A DNA stretch of 63,975 nt, the filler included, from Thermoplasmatota archaeon (lineage in GTDB: Archaea > Thermoplasmatota > E2 > JACPAO01 > JAHFTW01), in the NCBI GenBank assembly GCA_041623215.1. It is 5 parts of 5 records of this genome, joined end to end, with 100 filler letters (N's around TTAATTAATTAA, not from the genome) between each part and the next. Parts side by side here need not be neighbours in the genome. Positions count along the whole stretch, not along the records: positions 29,669 to 44,015 come from JBFJXH010000039.1; 4 more parts are not named here. The stretch is one strand, 5' to 3'. Both the position numbers and the translations under genes were made by a program. Under the pieces are notes generated by a model, which saw only the letters and a program-made list of their open reading frames with translations, was not told where the DNA came from and did no database searches. Below are positions 30,482-40,337 of the stretch, piece by piece. The number at the start of each line of letters is the position of its first letter. Positions within the stretch are counted from its first letter, which is position 1.

Positions 30482-30904
30482 ATGGCCAAGGAGATTCCCG
30501 TCGAGGAGCACTTGGAGAAGCAATTGGTCGCCGGGCGCAAGGTCATCAGCAGTGATGCCTCAAGCCGGGCCCTTTTTGCTCAACTCAAGTCCGAATGCCC
30601 TGACGTGGATGAAGACGAACTGGTGCGGGCGTTTGCCACGCCCGGTTTTGGCACCAAGAACGTGGAGGCTGCTGTGATTGCTACCGTGCATCAGAAGCAA
30701 TTCAACGCCACGAATCCACGCAAGCCGTTCAAGGATGTGTTTGACCACCTGATGGCCAAAACGCTCGCCAAGCAGGTACGCACCGACCCGGAGTACCGGG
30801 CACAATTCGCTGAATTGCTGGCTGAAATCGAAGAAGAATTCGATGAAGAGGGCGGTATCAGCGACGACGACATGCGGCGAGAGATCAAGGACGCCCTGGC
30901 GTGA
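30482..30904 (+). CDS. Hypothetical protein, coupled to nucS
   Basis: Helical, acidic ORF; CTTATG box 30 bp upstream; GTGA overlap with nucS. Confidence 0.75.
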   Translation: MAKEIPVEEHLEKQLVAGRKVISSDASSRALFAQLKSECPDVDEDELVRAFATPGFGTKNVEAAVIATVHQKQFNATNPRKPFKDVFDHLMAKTLAKQVRTDPEYRAQFAELLAEIEEEFDEEGGISDDDMRREIKDALA

Positions 30905-31713
30905 GTCTGCGCGTCGTCCGCGACCCCGACGTGGGCGTCGCCCTCGACTTTCTGAAGGCTGAACTGCAGGGCTTGGCCGCGCAAGAGGGGCGGTTGGTTC
31001 AGGTTGTGGCCGATTGTGAAGTGCAATACCAGGGCCGCGCCCGGAGCATGTTGCATCGCGGCGAACGCTTGCTGCTGCTGAAGCCTGATGGCACCTTTCT
31101 CATCCATACCGCTAGCAAGGCCAAGCCCGTCAACTGGCAGCCGCCGGGCGCCGTTTTCGATGCTCGGATGGAAGATGACCGCCTTGTCATGACCGCTTAC
31201 CGGGCCAAGCCGGAAGAGCTTGTCAAAGTGGTGTTTCACGAAGTCACCGCTGTCCTGGCGTTCCCGCTGCGCGATGCAGCAGAGCTGGCCCTGGTTGGGA
31301 GTGAGGATGACTTGCAGCGATTGCTGTTTGAGCATCCCGAACTTGTGGAGCCCGGCTTTGTGCCGCGGCGCCGGGAGCGGGACTCGAAGCGCGGCTTCTA
31401 CGATTTGGACGGCGACGATGCGGACGGCCGACGGCTCATCGTTGAAGTCAAGCGGACGGCAGCGGGCGTCAAAGAAGCGCAACAATTGTGGCGCTATGTC
31501 GAGCAGCTGCGCGGCCCAGCACAAAACGGAGAAGGCGGCCCTTCGCAGCGGGGCGTGCGCGGCGTTTTGGTGGCACCGCGTGTGGCGGAGAAGGCACGTG
31601 GCCTGCTACGAGATCACGGCCTAGAATGGAAGGAGCTGGACTGGGACGATGTGCTTCCCAAGGTGGAAGCGATGCGTCATAGTGGCCAGGTGGGCCTTGG
31701 ACGCTTTGGCTAG
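30901..31713 (+). CDS. nucS: Endonuclease NucS/EndoMS
   Basis: CEVQYQGRA, KPDGTFLIH, PVNWQP, EVKR, QLWRY, RGVLVAP. Confidence 0.95.
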   Translation: MSLRVVRDPDVGVALDFLKAELQGLAAQEGRLVQVVADCEVQYQGRARSMLHRGERLLLLKPDGTFLIHTASKAKPVNWQPPGAVFDARMEDDRLVMTAYRAKPEELVKVVFHEVTAVLAFPLRDAAELALVGSEDDLQRLLFEHPELVEPGFVPRRRERDSKRGFYDLDGDDADGRRLIVEVKRTAAGVKEAQQLWRYVEQLRGPAQNGEGGPSQRGVRGVLVAPRVAEKARGLLRDHGLEWKELDWDDVLPKVEAMRHSGQVGLGRFG

Positions 31714-32759
31714 CTCATCGGGAACGCATCATTGGCGCCGCTCATTGCGGTGGCCGCGGTTGTTGTGAGCGGGGACGGAAGCGGGAGTGGAACCGGTGAA
31801 TGATTGTTGGGATGCACGCAACTGCCGGTAGGGTCGGGGCCGGGCGTCGCGTCGGCGGGGCCGTCATGCACAAGGACGCTATTCAGGAAAATCAGTGGCT
31901 GCCCGTAGAGGAAGAAATCCTCTAGGCCAGGGCGCGTGTAGGCCTCTTCGGGCGTCAAGAAGCGCACGCCGGTGTGGCCCTCTGCTTGTTCTTTCAGAAG
32001 GGCGTTGTAGCCGTCAATCGTGGTGAAATGGCACGTGTCCCGGCTGCGGCCGGGCTGTTCGCTGCGGTCGGAACCGTACACGTAGATGGGAAGCGGTGCG
32101 CCGTCCGCAGAGTCTGGGTAACCCTGCGGGAAGCTGTCGTCCGCCTCGAGTTGGGGGTAGTTCGTGTAGAAGCTCGTGCCATTCGACCAGACGCCGACGG
32201 TAACGGTTTGCACATGGTCGCCCGGCGCAACAGCGGGGCCCGCCATACGCTCCGCCTGCACCCAAAACAGGTCCTTGTTGTGGCTCGCGGGGTAGCCAGC
32301 CGCATCATTCGCAACCGGCTGAACGCTCACCGTGACGCCAAGGGGAAAGGCCGCGCCGTTGCCCAGGTTGTGCACCATCCACAGGCGCGACTCGCCCGGT
32401 GCGAGAAGGCTCGGGGTGGCACCCACCATGGGCGTGCCCACGCGGATTGCGTCGGCGGGTTGACGGACTTGTTCTGCCTGCCATCCGTCTGCGGTCACCG
32501 GCCCTGTCTTGGCTGATTCTAGGTTAACCGGCAAGATGCGAACAGGCAGCGCCTTGTCAGTAGGGTTCGTCACGAGAAACAGCCACCCATCAACGACGCC
32601 GTCCACAATGCGGTCGTCGCCGGGAAGGTGGTAGCGATACACCTGCAACGGGAAATCGTCGTCGCCCGTCAAGGTGGCGTCGAGGCAACCGGCCATGGCG
32701 ATTACCAAAGCGAGGGCCGCCAGCAGCAGGGTCTTGGCAGGCAGGCGTGAATGCGTCAC
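31710..32759 (-). CDS. Lipoprotein with degenerate FKBP-type PPIase-like C-terminal domain
   Basis: MAGC lipobox; GDHVQ...GTSFYTN and TIDGYNALL...LTPEEAY resemble the FKBP consensus. Confidence 0.65.
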   Translation of the reverse strand: MTHSRLPAKTLLLAALALVIAMAGCLDATLTGDDDFPLQVYRYHLPGDDRIVDGVVDGWLFLVTNPTDKALPVRILPVNLESAKTGPVTADGWQAEQVRQPADAIRVGTPMVGATPSLLAPGESRLWMVHNLGNGAAFPLGVTVSVQPVANDAAGYPASHNKDLFWVQAERMAGPAVAPGDHVQTVTVGVWSNGTSFYTNYPQLEADDSFPQGYPDSADGAPLPIYVYGSDRSEQPGRSRDTCHFTTIDGYNALLKEQAEGHTGVRFLTPEEAYTRPGLEDFFLYGQPLIFLNSVLVHDGPADATPGPDPTGSCVHPNNHSPVPLPLPSPLTTTAATAMSGANDAFPMS

Positions 32760-32833
32760 AATCTTCGACGCGTGCGGTGCGGGAAAATCGTGACCCCGAA
32801 TCCCTCAAATATGACCCTCAAGTCGGCCGCGTA

Positions 32834-33070
32834 ATGAGCGACCGGACCTTCATGGACAAAGCGTGGGATGCGCAGCACCGCATCGAGAAGCGCATGGGCA
32901 ACCTTGGAAAGGGTCGCTACGCCCGCGTCTTGAAGATGGCCCGCAAGCCGGAGCCTGAGGAATTCAAGCGCTCCAGCGGCATCGTGCTGGTGGGGATCGC
33001 GGTCATTGGTGGCATTGGCTTTGGCATGTACCTGTTCATGACCTGGCTCCTCAAGGCCATTGGCGCTTAA
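32834..33070 (+). CDS. secE: Protein translocase subunit SecE / Sec61-gamma
   Basis: YARVLKMARKPEPEEF followed by one TM (GIAVIGGIGF). Confidence 0.95.
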   Translation: MSDRTFMDKAWDAQHRIEKRMGNLGKGRYARVLKMARKPEPEEFKRSSGIVLVGIAVIGGIGFGMYLFMTWLLKAIGA

Positions 33071-33194
33071 CGCGCCCCCAAACGTGAGTCCGCGGCTTCT
33101 GGTAGGCGCGGTAAGACGTAAATAGCGCACCTGGGTCGGCCGCCATACCCCCTGTTTTCGCCCAGCGGACGCAGGAACTGAAGGTGTAACTCTC

Positions 33195-33953
33195 ATGGAC
33201 GAAGAAGGCCTTGGCATTCTGCCCACTCCCGACGATGAACCGTCCAAGAAGAAGGACGACGAACCGAAGGAGGATGCGCCGACCACCGCGCCCGCCGATG
33301 AAACGCCCGCCGAGGCCGACGAATCGGTCGCGGATGACGTGGCGGACGACGACACGAGCAACGAGGGTGACGCCGATGCCGACGCTGCCGAGGAAGACGC
33401 AAAGGAAGAATCGGACAAGCCCGACCTCTCCAAGATTCCCGCCAACCTGCGCTGGAAATTCGAAGATGACGAAGACCCGGTTCAAGAAACGGTGATTCTT
33501 ACGCTCAAGACGCAGGTTGGTCAAGAACGCCGCGTCACCGAAATGCTTGGGAACAAGGCTCGCCGGTTTGGCCTTCCCATCTTCAGCTTGCTCGCACCTG
33601 CTGAGTTGCGCGGCTACGTATTCATCGAAACGGATGACCCGCTCGCGGTCGAGAAGGGTGTCCGTGGTGTCAGCTACGCTCGTGCGCTCATCAAGGGCCC
33701 GGATGGCCAAATCCGTGACACGCCCTTCACAGAAATTAGCCACTTCCTGCAACCGGTGTCGGCCGTCGCCAAGATTGGCCAAGATGACATCGTGGAATTG
33801 GTCAGCGGTCCCTTCCGGGGCGAGAAGGCCAAGGTTACCCGCGTGGACGACGCCAAGGAAGAGCTCACGGTGGAACTCATCGAATCCATGGTGCCCATCC
33901 CGATTACGGTCAAGGGCGAGCACGTTCGCGTTCTCAAGAAGGGCGACGAGTAA
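33195..33953 (+). CDS. spt5: Transcription elongation factor Spt5 with acidic N-terminal extension
   Basis: NGN (KTQVGQE, LRGYVFIE) and KOW (VELVSGPFRGEKAKV, VPIPITV); follows secE. Confidence 0.95.
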   Translation: MDEEGLGILPTPDDEPSKKKDDEPKEDAPTTAPADETPAEADESVADDVADDDTSNEGDADADAAEEDAKEESDKPDLSKIPANLRWKFEDDEDPVQETVILTLKTQVGQERRVTEMLGNKARRFGLPIFSLLAPAELRGYVFIETDDPLAVEKGVRGVSYARALIKGPDGQIRDTPFTEISHFLQPVSAVAKIGQDDIVELVSGPFRGEKAKVTRVDDAKEELTVELIESMVPIPITVKGEHVRVLKKGDE

Positions 33954-34035
33954 TGGTGGCGCTGCGGCGCAACCCCATTTTCGTGGAACCCCCTGAGCCG
34001 CGATTGTACGCATCGCGGCGCGGTGGGGTGCGGGC

Positions 34036-35229
34036 GTGATCATCGGCCTCGTGGGCAAGCCCAATGTGGGCAAGTCCACCACGTGGTCTGCTGCGACGCT
34101 AGCCGCGGCGGACATCGGCGACTACCCGTTCACCACGATTGATGCCAACAAGGGCGTCGGCTTCGTCCGCGTGGTTGACCCAGGCCCCGACTTGGGGGTT
34201 ACAGCAACGCCTCGGACCGGCCGCATCGTGGACGAAGGTCGCACGCGCTTGGTTCCGGTGGACATCATTGATGTCGCTGGCCTCGTGCCAGGTGCCCATG
34301 AAGGCAAGGGCCTTGGCAACAAATTCCTCAATGATATCGCCCGCGCCGACGCGCTGGTGCACGTTGTTGATGCCAGTGGCAACACCGATGCGGAAGGCAA
34401 TCCTGGAGCCACAGGCCACGACCCGCTGGCCGACGTTGCCTTCCTCCCTAACGAGATTGACGCTTGGATTCGAGGGCTGGTGGCCGACGGCTGGGACCGC
34501 TTCGTGCGCCGCGTGCAACAAGAGCATCAGAAGTTGGAAGTGGCGCTGGCGGACCGCCTCAGTGGCATCAAGGTGGATGCGCCGATGGCGTCGGCTGCCC
34601 TTCGGGCCGCCGGTCTGGCTGGTAAGAGCCCGTCCGATTGGCCGGCGTCGGGGCTTGGTGAGCTTGCACGCTGTTTGCGGCGCGTTCGGTTCCCCATTGT
34701 CGTAGCGCTCAACAAGGCCGATCTTGTGGAGCCAGACCGCATGGCGGCGCTCGAGGCGGCCATCGAGGGAACAGCGTTGCCCCTATCGGCGCAATCGGAG
34801 TTGGCCCTGGGCCGAGCCGCCGGAGCAGGCGTGATTGCCCATGTGCCCGGTAGTAACGCCATGGAGGTGGTGGGCGACCTATCCGACGCACAGCGGGGCG
34901 GCTTGGACTACATCCAAACGCACGTCTTGGACCGCTTTGGCGGCACCGGCCTGCACAAGGTTCTGGAAGCAGCGGCCTTTGACGTTCTGCGTCTCATTCC
35001 CACCTTCCCGGTGGAAGATGACCACCATTTCACCGACAAGGAAGGCAGGGTGTTGCCCGACTGCCACTTGGTCCCGCAAGGCACCACGGCCAAGCAATTG
35101 GCGTACCGGGTTCACACGGATTTGGGCGACAAGTTCGTGCGAGGCATTGACTGTCGGACCAAGCGGGTCATTGGCGCTGATCACGTGCTGGCGACGGGCG
35201 ACGTCATCAAAATTGCTGCTAACACCTAG
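34036..35229 (+). CDS. ychF: YchF/Obg-family ATPase, archaeal type
   Basis: GKPNVGKST, YPFTTI, DVAGLVPGAHEGKGLGNKFL, NKAD, C-terminal TGS domain. Confidence 0.95.
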   Translation: MIIGLVGKPNVGKSTTWSAATLAAADIGDYPFTTIDANKGVGFVRVVDPGPDLGVTATPRTGRIVDEGRTRLVPVDIIDVAGLVPGAHEGKGLGNKFLNDIARADALVHVVDASGNTDAEGNPGATGHDPLADVAFLPNEIDAWIRGLVADGWDRFVRRVQQEHQKLEVALADRLSGIKVDAPMASAALRAAGLAGKSPSDWPASGLGELARCLRRVRFPIVVALNKADLVEPDRMAALEAAIEGTALPLSAQSELALGRAAGAGVIAHVPGSNAMEVVGDLSDAQRGGLDYIQTHVLDRFGGTGLHKVLEAAAFDVLRLIPTFPVEDDHHFTDKEGRVLPDCHLVPQGTTAKQLAYRVHTDLGDKFVRGIDCRTKRVIGADHVLATGDVIKIAANT

Positions 35230-35243
35230 CCGGCCACCAGGGC

Positions 35244-37154
35244 CTAGGCAAACAAGGCGTCAATGCGCGGGCCGTGGTTCGACAGAATGATTTTGCGGCG
35301 CTTCTTGAACGTGGGCGTCAGTTCACCCCGGTCGACGGTGAAGGCATGCGGGACGAGGTCGAACCGCTTGATGCGTTCAAAGTCGGCCAAACGCGCGTTG
35401 CAAGCCTCTACGGCATCTTCGTACGCCTTGCGAATGCGCGGGTGTTCGAGCAGCCGAGGGCCAAGTCCGTACGTCCTCTCTTCGCCGGTCGGATCCACCA
35501 GGCGGACGGTTTCGGGGTCGTCGCGTGCGTCGCCCGAAGCCTCCGCGATGCCTTCCTTGCGCGCCCATTGCAACAGCGCGTCGTACGCGGGCTGGATGAG
35601 TGCAGCCACGTATTTCTTGCCCGTACCAATGAGAACGGCGTCCTCGACTAGGGGCGAGGAACCTTTGAGCATCTCCTCCACGCGCAGGGGGGCCACCATC
35701 TTGCCGGTGTCGAGCACTTCGAGCTCCTTGATGCGGTCGACAATGTGCAGGTACCCGTCCGCGTCAATACGGCCCACGTCGCCGGTTCGCAGCCAGCGGC
35801 GGCCGTCGCGCTCGACAAAGGCCTCGGAGGTTTCCGCCTCCAGGTTTAGATACCCCCCAAAGACGGCTGGCCCCGCGAGCAGCACTTCCTCTTCGTCACC
35901 GAGCCCAACGGCCACACCCGGCATCGGGATGCCCACCGAGCCAGCGCGGTAGGAGTGGAATGGATTACTGGTCACCATGCCCGTGGACTCGGTCAACCCG
36001 TAGGCTTCAACGATGCCGAGGCGAAGCCCTTGCAACAGGTAGAGGAGGTCGGGGCGGACAGCGGCGGCACCAATGAGGCCCAGCTGAACGCGGTCAAAGC
36101 CAAGGCGTGCGCGCAGCTTGGTTCCCACAAGGCGGTCCCAAAGGGCATGGCGGAGGCGCAACCCAAGGCCCGGCTGGCCACCGTCCTCGAGCGCCCGCCC
36201 CATCTCGGATGCACAGCGGCGGGCCCGATGCCAGAGAAATTGCCGCACACGAGGCGCGTCGCCAACCGCTTCCTCAACGCGGGCAATGATGCGCTCAAAG
36301 ATTCGCGGCACCCCCATCATGAGCGTGGGCCGAACACTTTGCAGGTCCGCAGCAAAGCGCGTCGGGTGACTCCACGCCAAGGTCCCGCCAAGGGCGGTCA
36401 CGGCGAGGCTGGCCGCGTAGCCAGCCACGTGGGCCAAGGGCAGAAACATCACGATACTGGGGTCCCGAATCCCATCGAGTCCGAGCCCGGCAACGTTGGC
36501 TTGGGTGCTGGCGCTCCAATTCTGGTTGGTGAGCATGGCCCCTTTGGGGGTGCCCGTGGTGCCGCTGGTGTAAATGATGGTGCAACCGGCGGAGGGATCG
36601 CTGGCCACGACAGCCTCGTCAATGCAGGTGGGGTGCGCGGCTAGTCGTCCGTCACCGGCCGCGCGCAACTCGTCTAGGGTCGCCGTGGCGGTTGCATCGG
36701 AGGAATCAGTGGGGGCCTCCATCAGCCACACAGTAGCCCCATCGCTTGCGCCCAGGGGAAGGGTGTCCAGGAGCGCTTGACGCTCGACGACCAGCCCTTT
36801 GCAGTTGGCGTCGCCCAGAATGTGGGCGACCTGGTCCGGCGCCAGCGTTGGGTACACGGGAACCACGGTAGCGCCCACGGCAAGCACCGCTTGATCGATG
36901 AGACGCCATTCGACGCGCGTGTCGCTCCAAATGGCCACGCGGTCGCCAGGCCCCATTCCAGCTTCCTGGAGGCCCGCGGCCAAGCGACTGACCTGGCGGC
37001 GCACGTCGGGCCATGACCATTGGGTCCACGGCGCATCGGCGCTGTCCCGGAACCAGTAACCGCCTCCATCCGGGTGCTCATCAGCCATGCGCCATAGGAG
37101 TTGGATGGGTGTCTCGTTTCGCACTGTGAGGGGTCCACCATCGACCACGTGCAT
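35244..37154 (-). CDS. Long-chain fatty acid--CoA ligase (AMP-dependent synthetase)
   Basis: YTSGTTGTPKG, FLPLAH, YGLTE, RTGDVG, ELTPTFK. Confidence 0.93.
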   Translation of the reverse strand: MHVVDGGPLTVRNETPIQLLWRMADEHPDGGGYWFRDSADAPWTQWSWPDVRRQVSRLAAGLQEAGMGPGDRVAIWSDTRVEWRLIDQAVLAVGATVVPVYPTLAPDQVAHILGDANCKGLVVERQALLDTLPLGASDGATVWLMEAPTDSSDATATATLDELRAAGDGRLAAHPTCIDEAVVASDPSAGCTIIYTSGTTGTPKGAMLTNQNWSASTQANVAGLGLDGIRDPSIVMFLPLAHVAGYAASLAVTALGGTLAWSHPTRFAADLQSVRPTLMMGVPRIFERIIARVEEAVGDAPRVRQFLWHRARRCASEMGRALEDGGQPGLGLRLRHALWDRLVGTKLRARLGFDRVQLGLIGAAAVRPDLLYLLQGLRLGIVEAYGLTESTGMVTSNPFHSYRAGSVGIPMPGVAVGLGDEEEVLLAGPAVFGGYLNLEAETSEAFVERDGRRWLRTGDVGRIDADGYLHIVDRIKELEVLDTGKMVAPLRVEEMLKGSSPLVEDAVLIGTGKKYVAALIQPAYDALLQWARKEGIAEASGDARDDPETVRLVDPTGEERTYGLGPRLLEHPRIRKAYEDAVEACNARLADFERIKRFDLVPHAFTVDRGELTPTFKKRRKIILSNHGPRIDALFA

Positions 37155-37323
37155 ACCCAGGCCAGCGGGCTTGGCCTTTTATAGGAGACCTTTGTGGGCG
37201 CGCTTGCAGCCTAGCTGCCACGGGGCTTCGCGCCCCACATCCAATGTGCCCCGGCCATATGCCCCGCGATGCTTCGGCACGCGGATGGGTGAAGGATGAA
37301 ACCGCGTAAGGAATTGATCGCGT

Positions 37324-37959
37324 ATGAGCAAAAATGCCTACCACTACATGGGTGAAGCCTGGAAGAAGCCGGAGAGCGGCTTCGGAACCGTCAACTGGGA
37401 ACGTCTCGTCGAATGGCGCGCCGGACCCAGCTTTGCACGCGTTGACAAGCCGCTTCGCATTGACCGCGCTCGCAGCCTCGGCTACAAGGCCAAGCAGGGC
37501 GTCGTCGTTGTCCGGGCCCGCGTTCGCCGCGGTGGCCTGAACAAGAAGCGCTTCGATGGCGGCCGTGTGCCGTCCAAGATGGGTGTTCGCAAGATCACCA
37601 TGAAGCAAAACACCCAGGCCATTGCCGAAGTGCGCACCAGCAAGCACTTCCCCAACCTTGAGGTTCTCAACTCCTACTGGGTTGGCGATGACGGCAAGCA
37701 CCACTACTACGAGGTCATCCTCATTGACCCGTTCCACCCTTCCATCCGCAAGGACAAGGACCTGAACTGGATTTGCACCAAGCCCGCCACCAACCGTGTG
37801 CTTCGGGGTAAGACCAGTGCCGGCCAGAAGCACCGTGGCCTCCGAAACCGCGGCAAGGGTGCCGAGCACGTCGGCCCCTCGGTGCGCAAGAGCCACCGCC
37901 GCCGTAAGGACCGTCAGACCTGGGGCAAGGAAGTCCAGGCTGAGAAGATTCGCCAATAG
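37324..37959 (+). CDS. rpl15e: 50S ribosomal protein L15e
   Basis: RARSLGYKAKQG, NLEVLNSYWVG, EVILIDP, RGKTSAG. Confidence 0.98.
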   Translation: MSKNAYHYMGEAWKKPESGFGTVNWERLVEWRAGPSFARVDKPLRIDRARSLGYKAKQGVVVVRARVRRGGLNKKRFDGGRVPSKMGVRKITMKQNTQAIAEVRTSKHFPNLEVLNSYWVGDDGKHHYYEVILIDPFHPSIRKDKDLNWICTKPATNRVLRGKTSAGQKHRGLRNRGKGAEHVGPSVRKSHRRRKDRQTWGKEVQAEKIRQ

Positions 37960-38015
37960 GTGGCTCGCCTCGCCCCAGCCAGCATTGTTAAGTCAGCGCG
38001 AGCTAGGTCGCAGCC

Positions 38016-39113
38016 ATGCGCCGTGTTCCAATCGTTGCCGCCTTGTTGGTGGCCATGCTTGCCGTCCAGCCTGTGTGGGCGGACGACCATGAGGACGACG
38101 ACTGGGACGACGACCATTCGGGCTCCGGCTACGAATTGAACGACGACGGGCCCGGATTCGAATACGAGGTCGAAGAGGAGTGGGAGGCCAACGGCACGGA
38201 TTTCGAGGAAGAGTTCGAGGTCAGCTTTGATGCCGACGACGGCGAGCTATCCATCTCGTTTGAGCGTGAAGAGGAGCGTGAGCAGGGCGAGGAGGAGTGG
38301 GAGACCGAAATCGAGGATGAAATGGACGTTGAGTTCATCGCCATTGTCGAGTTTGTGGATGAGGATGGCGATGGTGCCTTCACAAGAATGGACACGGCCC
38401 TGGGACATTGGTGCATCGCAGGCCACGCCGAGGACGATGACGCGGATGAGGTGTGTGGCCAGGACCTAGAGGACGAGGATGAAGTTGCAAGCTGGGACCT
38501 GGCAGCCCACCGGGGCAAGATTGCCTGGGCGCCCTTCACCTACGCTGCCACTCAGGATGGGAATGGCCCCGGCCATCGCTTCGCCGGTAGCGGAACCTTT
38601 GATGACGGAGCCAGCACCTTCGGCTTAACCTTCAAGATTCACGAAAACACCAGTGCCGAGGCCGGTACAACGGTCGGCGACCGGCAGGTCAAATTCGATA
38701 TCTGGTTCGATGTGGCCAATTCCACCTATACGAATGCGTCATCGCAACTCGCCGTGATTCATGTGGTTGAAACGGCGCACGAGACCGAACACGAAAGCGA
38801 ACGGGACGACGATGATGAAGACGTCGAGACTGATGACCCAGCTGACCAAGAGGGCCGTGTTGGCAGCGCCGAGAACGCGAGCATGGAATACCGCTGGCGC
38901 AACAACGCCACGGTGGATGGCAACCAACTCAGCCCCGTCGGGAGCAACGTCACAGACCTGGATGACGACGATGACGAGTGGGAGAAACTCATCACGTTCG
39001 CCTACGAACGGGGCTCAAGCATTCTGCATGATCCCGTAGCGGGTGCCCAGACAACAGACAACGTCTTGCTGGCGCGTCTGCTAAGTCTGCTACCTGGCGT
39101 GCTGAGCTTGTAG
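38016..39113 (+). CDS. Secreted, highly acidic protein of unknown function
   Basis: Signal peptide ending VWA; D/E tracts; DEDGDG motif; ILHDP near C-terminus. Confidence 0.8.
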   Translation: MRRVPIVAALLVAMLAVQPVWADDHEDDDWDDDHSGSGYELNDDGPGFEYEVEEEWEANGTDFEEEFEVSFDADDGELSISFEREEEREQGEEEWETEIEDEMDVEFIAIVEFVDEDGDGAFTRMDTALGHWCIAGHAEDDDADEVCGQDLEDEDEVASWDLAAHRGKIAWAPFTYAATQDGNGPGHRFAGSGTFDDGASTFGLTFKIHENTSAEAGTTVGDRQVKFDIWFDVANSTYTNASSQLAVIHVVETAHETEHESERDDDDEDVETDDPADQEGRVGSAENASMEYRWRNNATVDGNQLSPVGSNVTDLDDDDDEWEKLITFAYERGSSILHDPVAGAQTTDNVLLARLLSLLPGVLSL

Positions 39114-39165
39114 GTGGGACGAGGCGGCAAGCCCCCGGCAGGGCTCTCTCAGCTCGTCTTCTAAC

Positions 39166-39327
39166 CTAGTGGCGAATCGTTTCTTGGAGGTTCAAGAACA
39201 TCTCGGTGAGCAAGTCCTCAAAGACGGTGTTCTTGTATTCCTTCTCTTCGCCGCCCTCGGTCTCAGTGCGGGCCACAAAATGCTGGCCGTCCTTGACGAG
39301 GTCAATGTGGCAGACGAATTCTCCCAT
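39166..39327 (-). CDS. Small hypothetical protein (53 aa)
   Basis: Manual translation MGEFVCHIDLVKDGQHFVARTETEGGEEKEYKNTVFEDLLTEMFLNLQETIRH; GC3-rich codons; below ORF-track cutoff. Confidence 0.75.
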   Translation of the reverse strand: MGEFVCHIDLVKDGQHFVARTETEGGEEKEYKNTVFEDLLTEMFLNLQETIRH

Positions 39328-39394
39328 GGGCGGCGCGACCCGGCGTTGTTCTTAGAGCTTATCCAGCGGGTCAATCGGTCCTAGTGGGGCCGCG

Positions 39395-40276
39395 TCACTT
39401 GCTTGAGCGGCTTCCACCGGTGGGCCCGCCGCTTCTAGCCCCGGGGCCTGCGCCACGCCCGCCGCGGCCGGACCGCGCTGCGCCGCTAGATCCCCCGCCA
39501 CCGCGACCACCGCGACCGCCACGGCCCCCGCGACCGCCGCGACCGGACCGACCACTACGGCCACTACGGCCGCTACGACCCGACCGGCCAACTGTTCCTG
39601 TGCCGCCCCGGGTCGCCGGCGATTTTTCGCCAGGCCCCCCGGCGTCCGGCTTGCCACGCGGCCGGGTTCGGATTGCTTGGCCTGCTGAGACCCCGGCGGG
39701 CGCCTTCTCGCAAAACACGCGCGCCACGTTGCGGGCCAACAGGAAGCCCTTGTGCAGGGTCCGGTTGAGGTCCGACTTCAGCGTTTTGGGAACCATCAGC
39801 ACGCCGTCAACATCCCGCACGACGCCAATGTGGACCTCGTCGTCCGGGTCGAGGATTTGCTGGTGGCTGGTCGTGGTGTCGCCGTCGTTCAGGCTGAGTT
39901 TCAGCACCACCGTATCGAAATGCTTGGCATAAAGGACGTGCAAGGTGTGGGCGGCAGCTTTTGGCACGCGCCGGTCGGCTGGGGACTCCATGGCCGTGAC
40001 AATCATTCGGTGGTCCTCGAACCAGAATTCGTCACCCACTGCAATGACCTCGTCCCGTGGCGTTTCCAGGTGACTCTGGTGGCTGGTATCGCCGTGGCTC
40101 ACAACGACGGGGACCATGACGGTTTTCTGGCTCTCAGGAGCTTCCTTGTGGATGTGCTTGCACTCCAGACATTGCAAGGTGAGGCTTGTTTGCGAAGCGC
40201 GCAGCACCGCGTGGTCTTCGGGGCCGCAATCGGGGCATACTGCGCCGACCACGTCTAGGTCTTGTTCATTGTCCAT
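39395..40276 (-). CDS. HVO_0476-like zinc-finger protein with RGG/GRS-rich tail
   Basis: CPDC...HAVL...CLECKHIH zinc ribbon; VVVSHGD and duplicated beta domain; Gly/Arg-rich C-terminus. Confidence 0.8.
   Translation of the reverse strand: MDNEQDLDVVGAVCPDCGPEDHAVLRASQTSLTLQCLECKHIHKEAPESQKTVMVPVVVSHGDTSHQSHLETPRDEVIAVGDEFWFEDHRMIVTAMESPADRRVPKAAAHTLHVLYAKHFDTVVLKLSLNDGDTTTSHQQILDPDDEVHIGVVRDVDGVLMVPKTLKSDLNRTLHKGFLLARNVARVFCEKAPAGVSAGQAIRTRPRGKPDAGGPGEKSPATRGGTGTVGRSGRSGRSGRSGRSGRGGRGGRGGRGGRGGGGSSGAARSGRGGRGAGPGARSGGPTGGSRSSK
39495..39590 (-). repeat. Degenerate 9-bp coding tandem repeat (GRS and GRG triplets)
   Basis: ccgcgacca / ccactacgg-type units encode GRSGRSGRSGRSGRGGRGGRGGRGGRGG. 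Confidence 0.8.
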
Positions 40277-40337
40277 GGCGCTTCCACTCGCCCTCTCCTT
40301 TCAAGTTTGGCCCCGCCCCGAGCCGTGGGCGCCGGGG

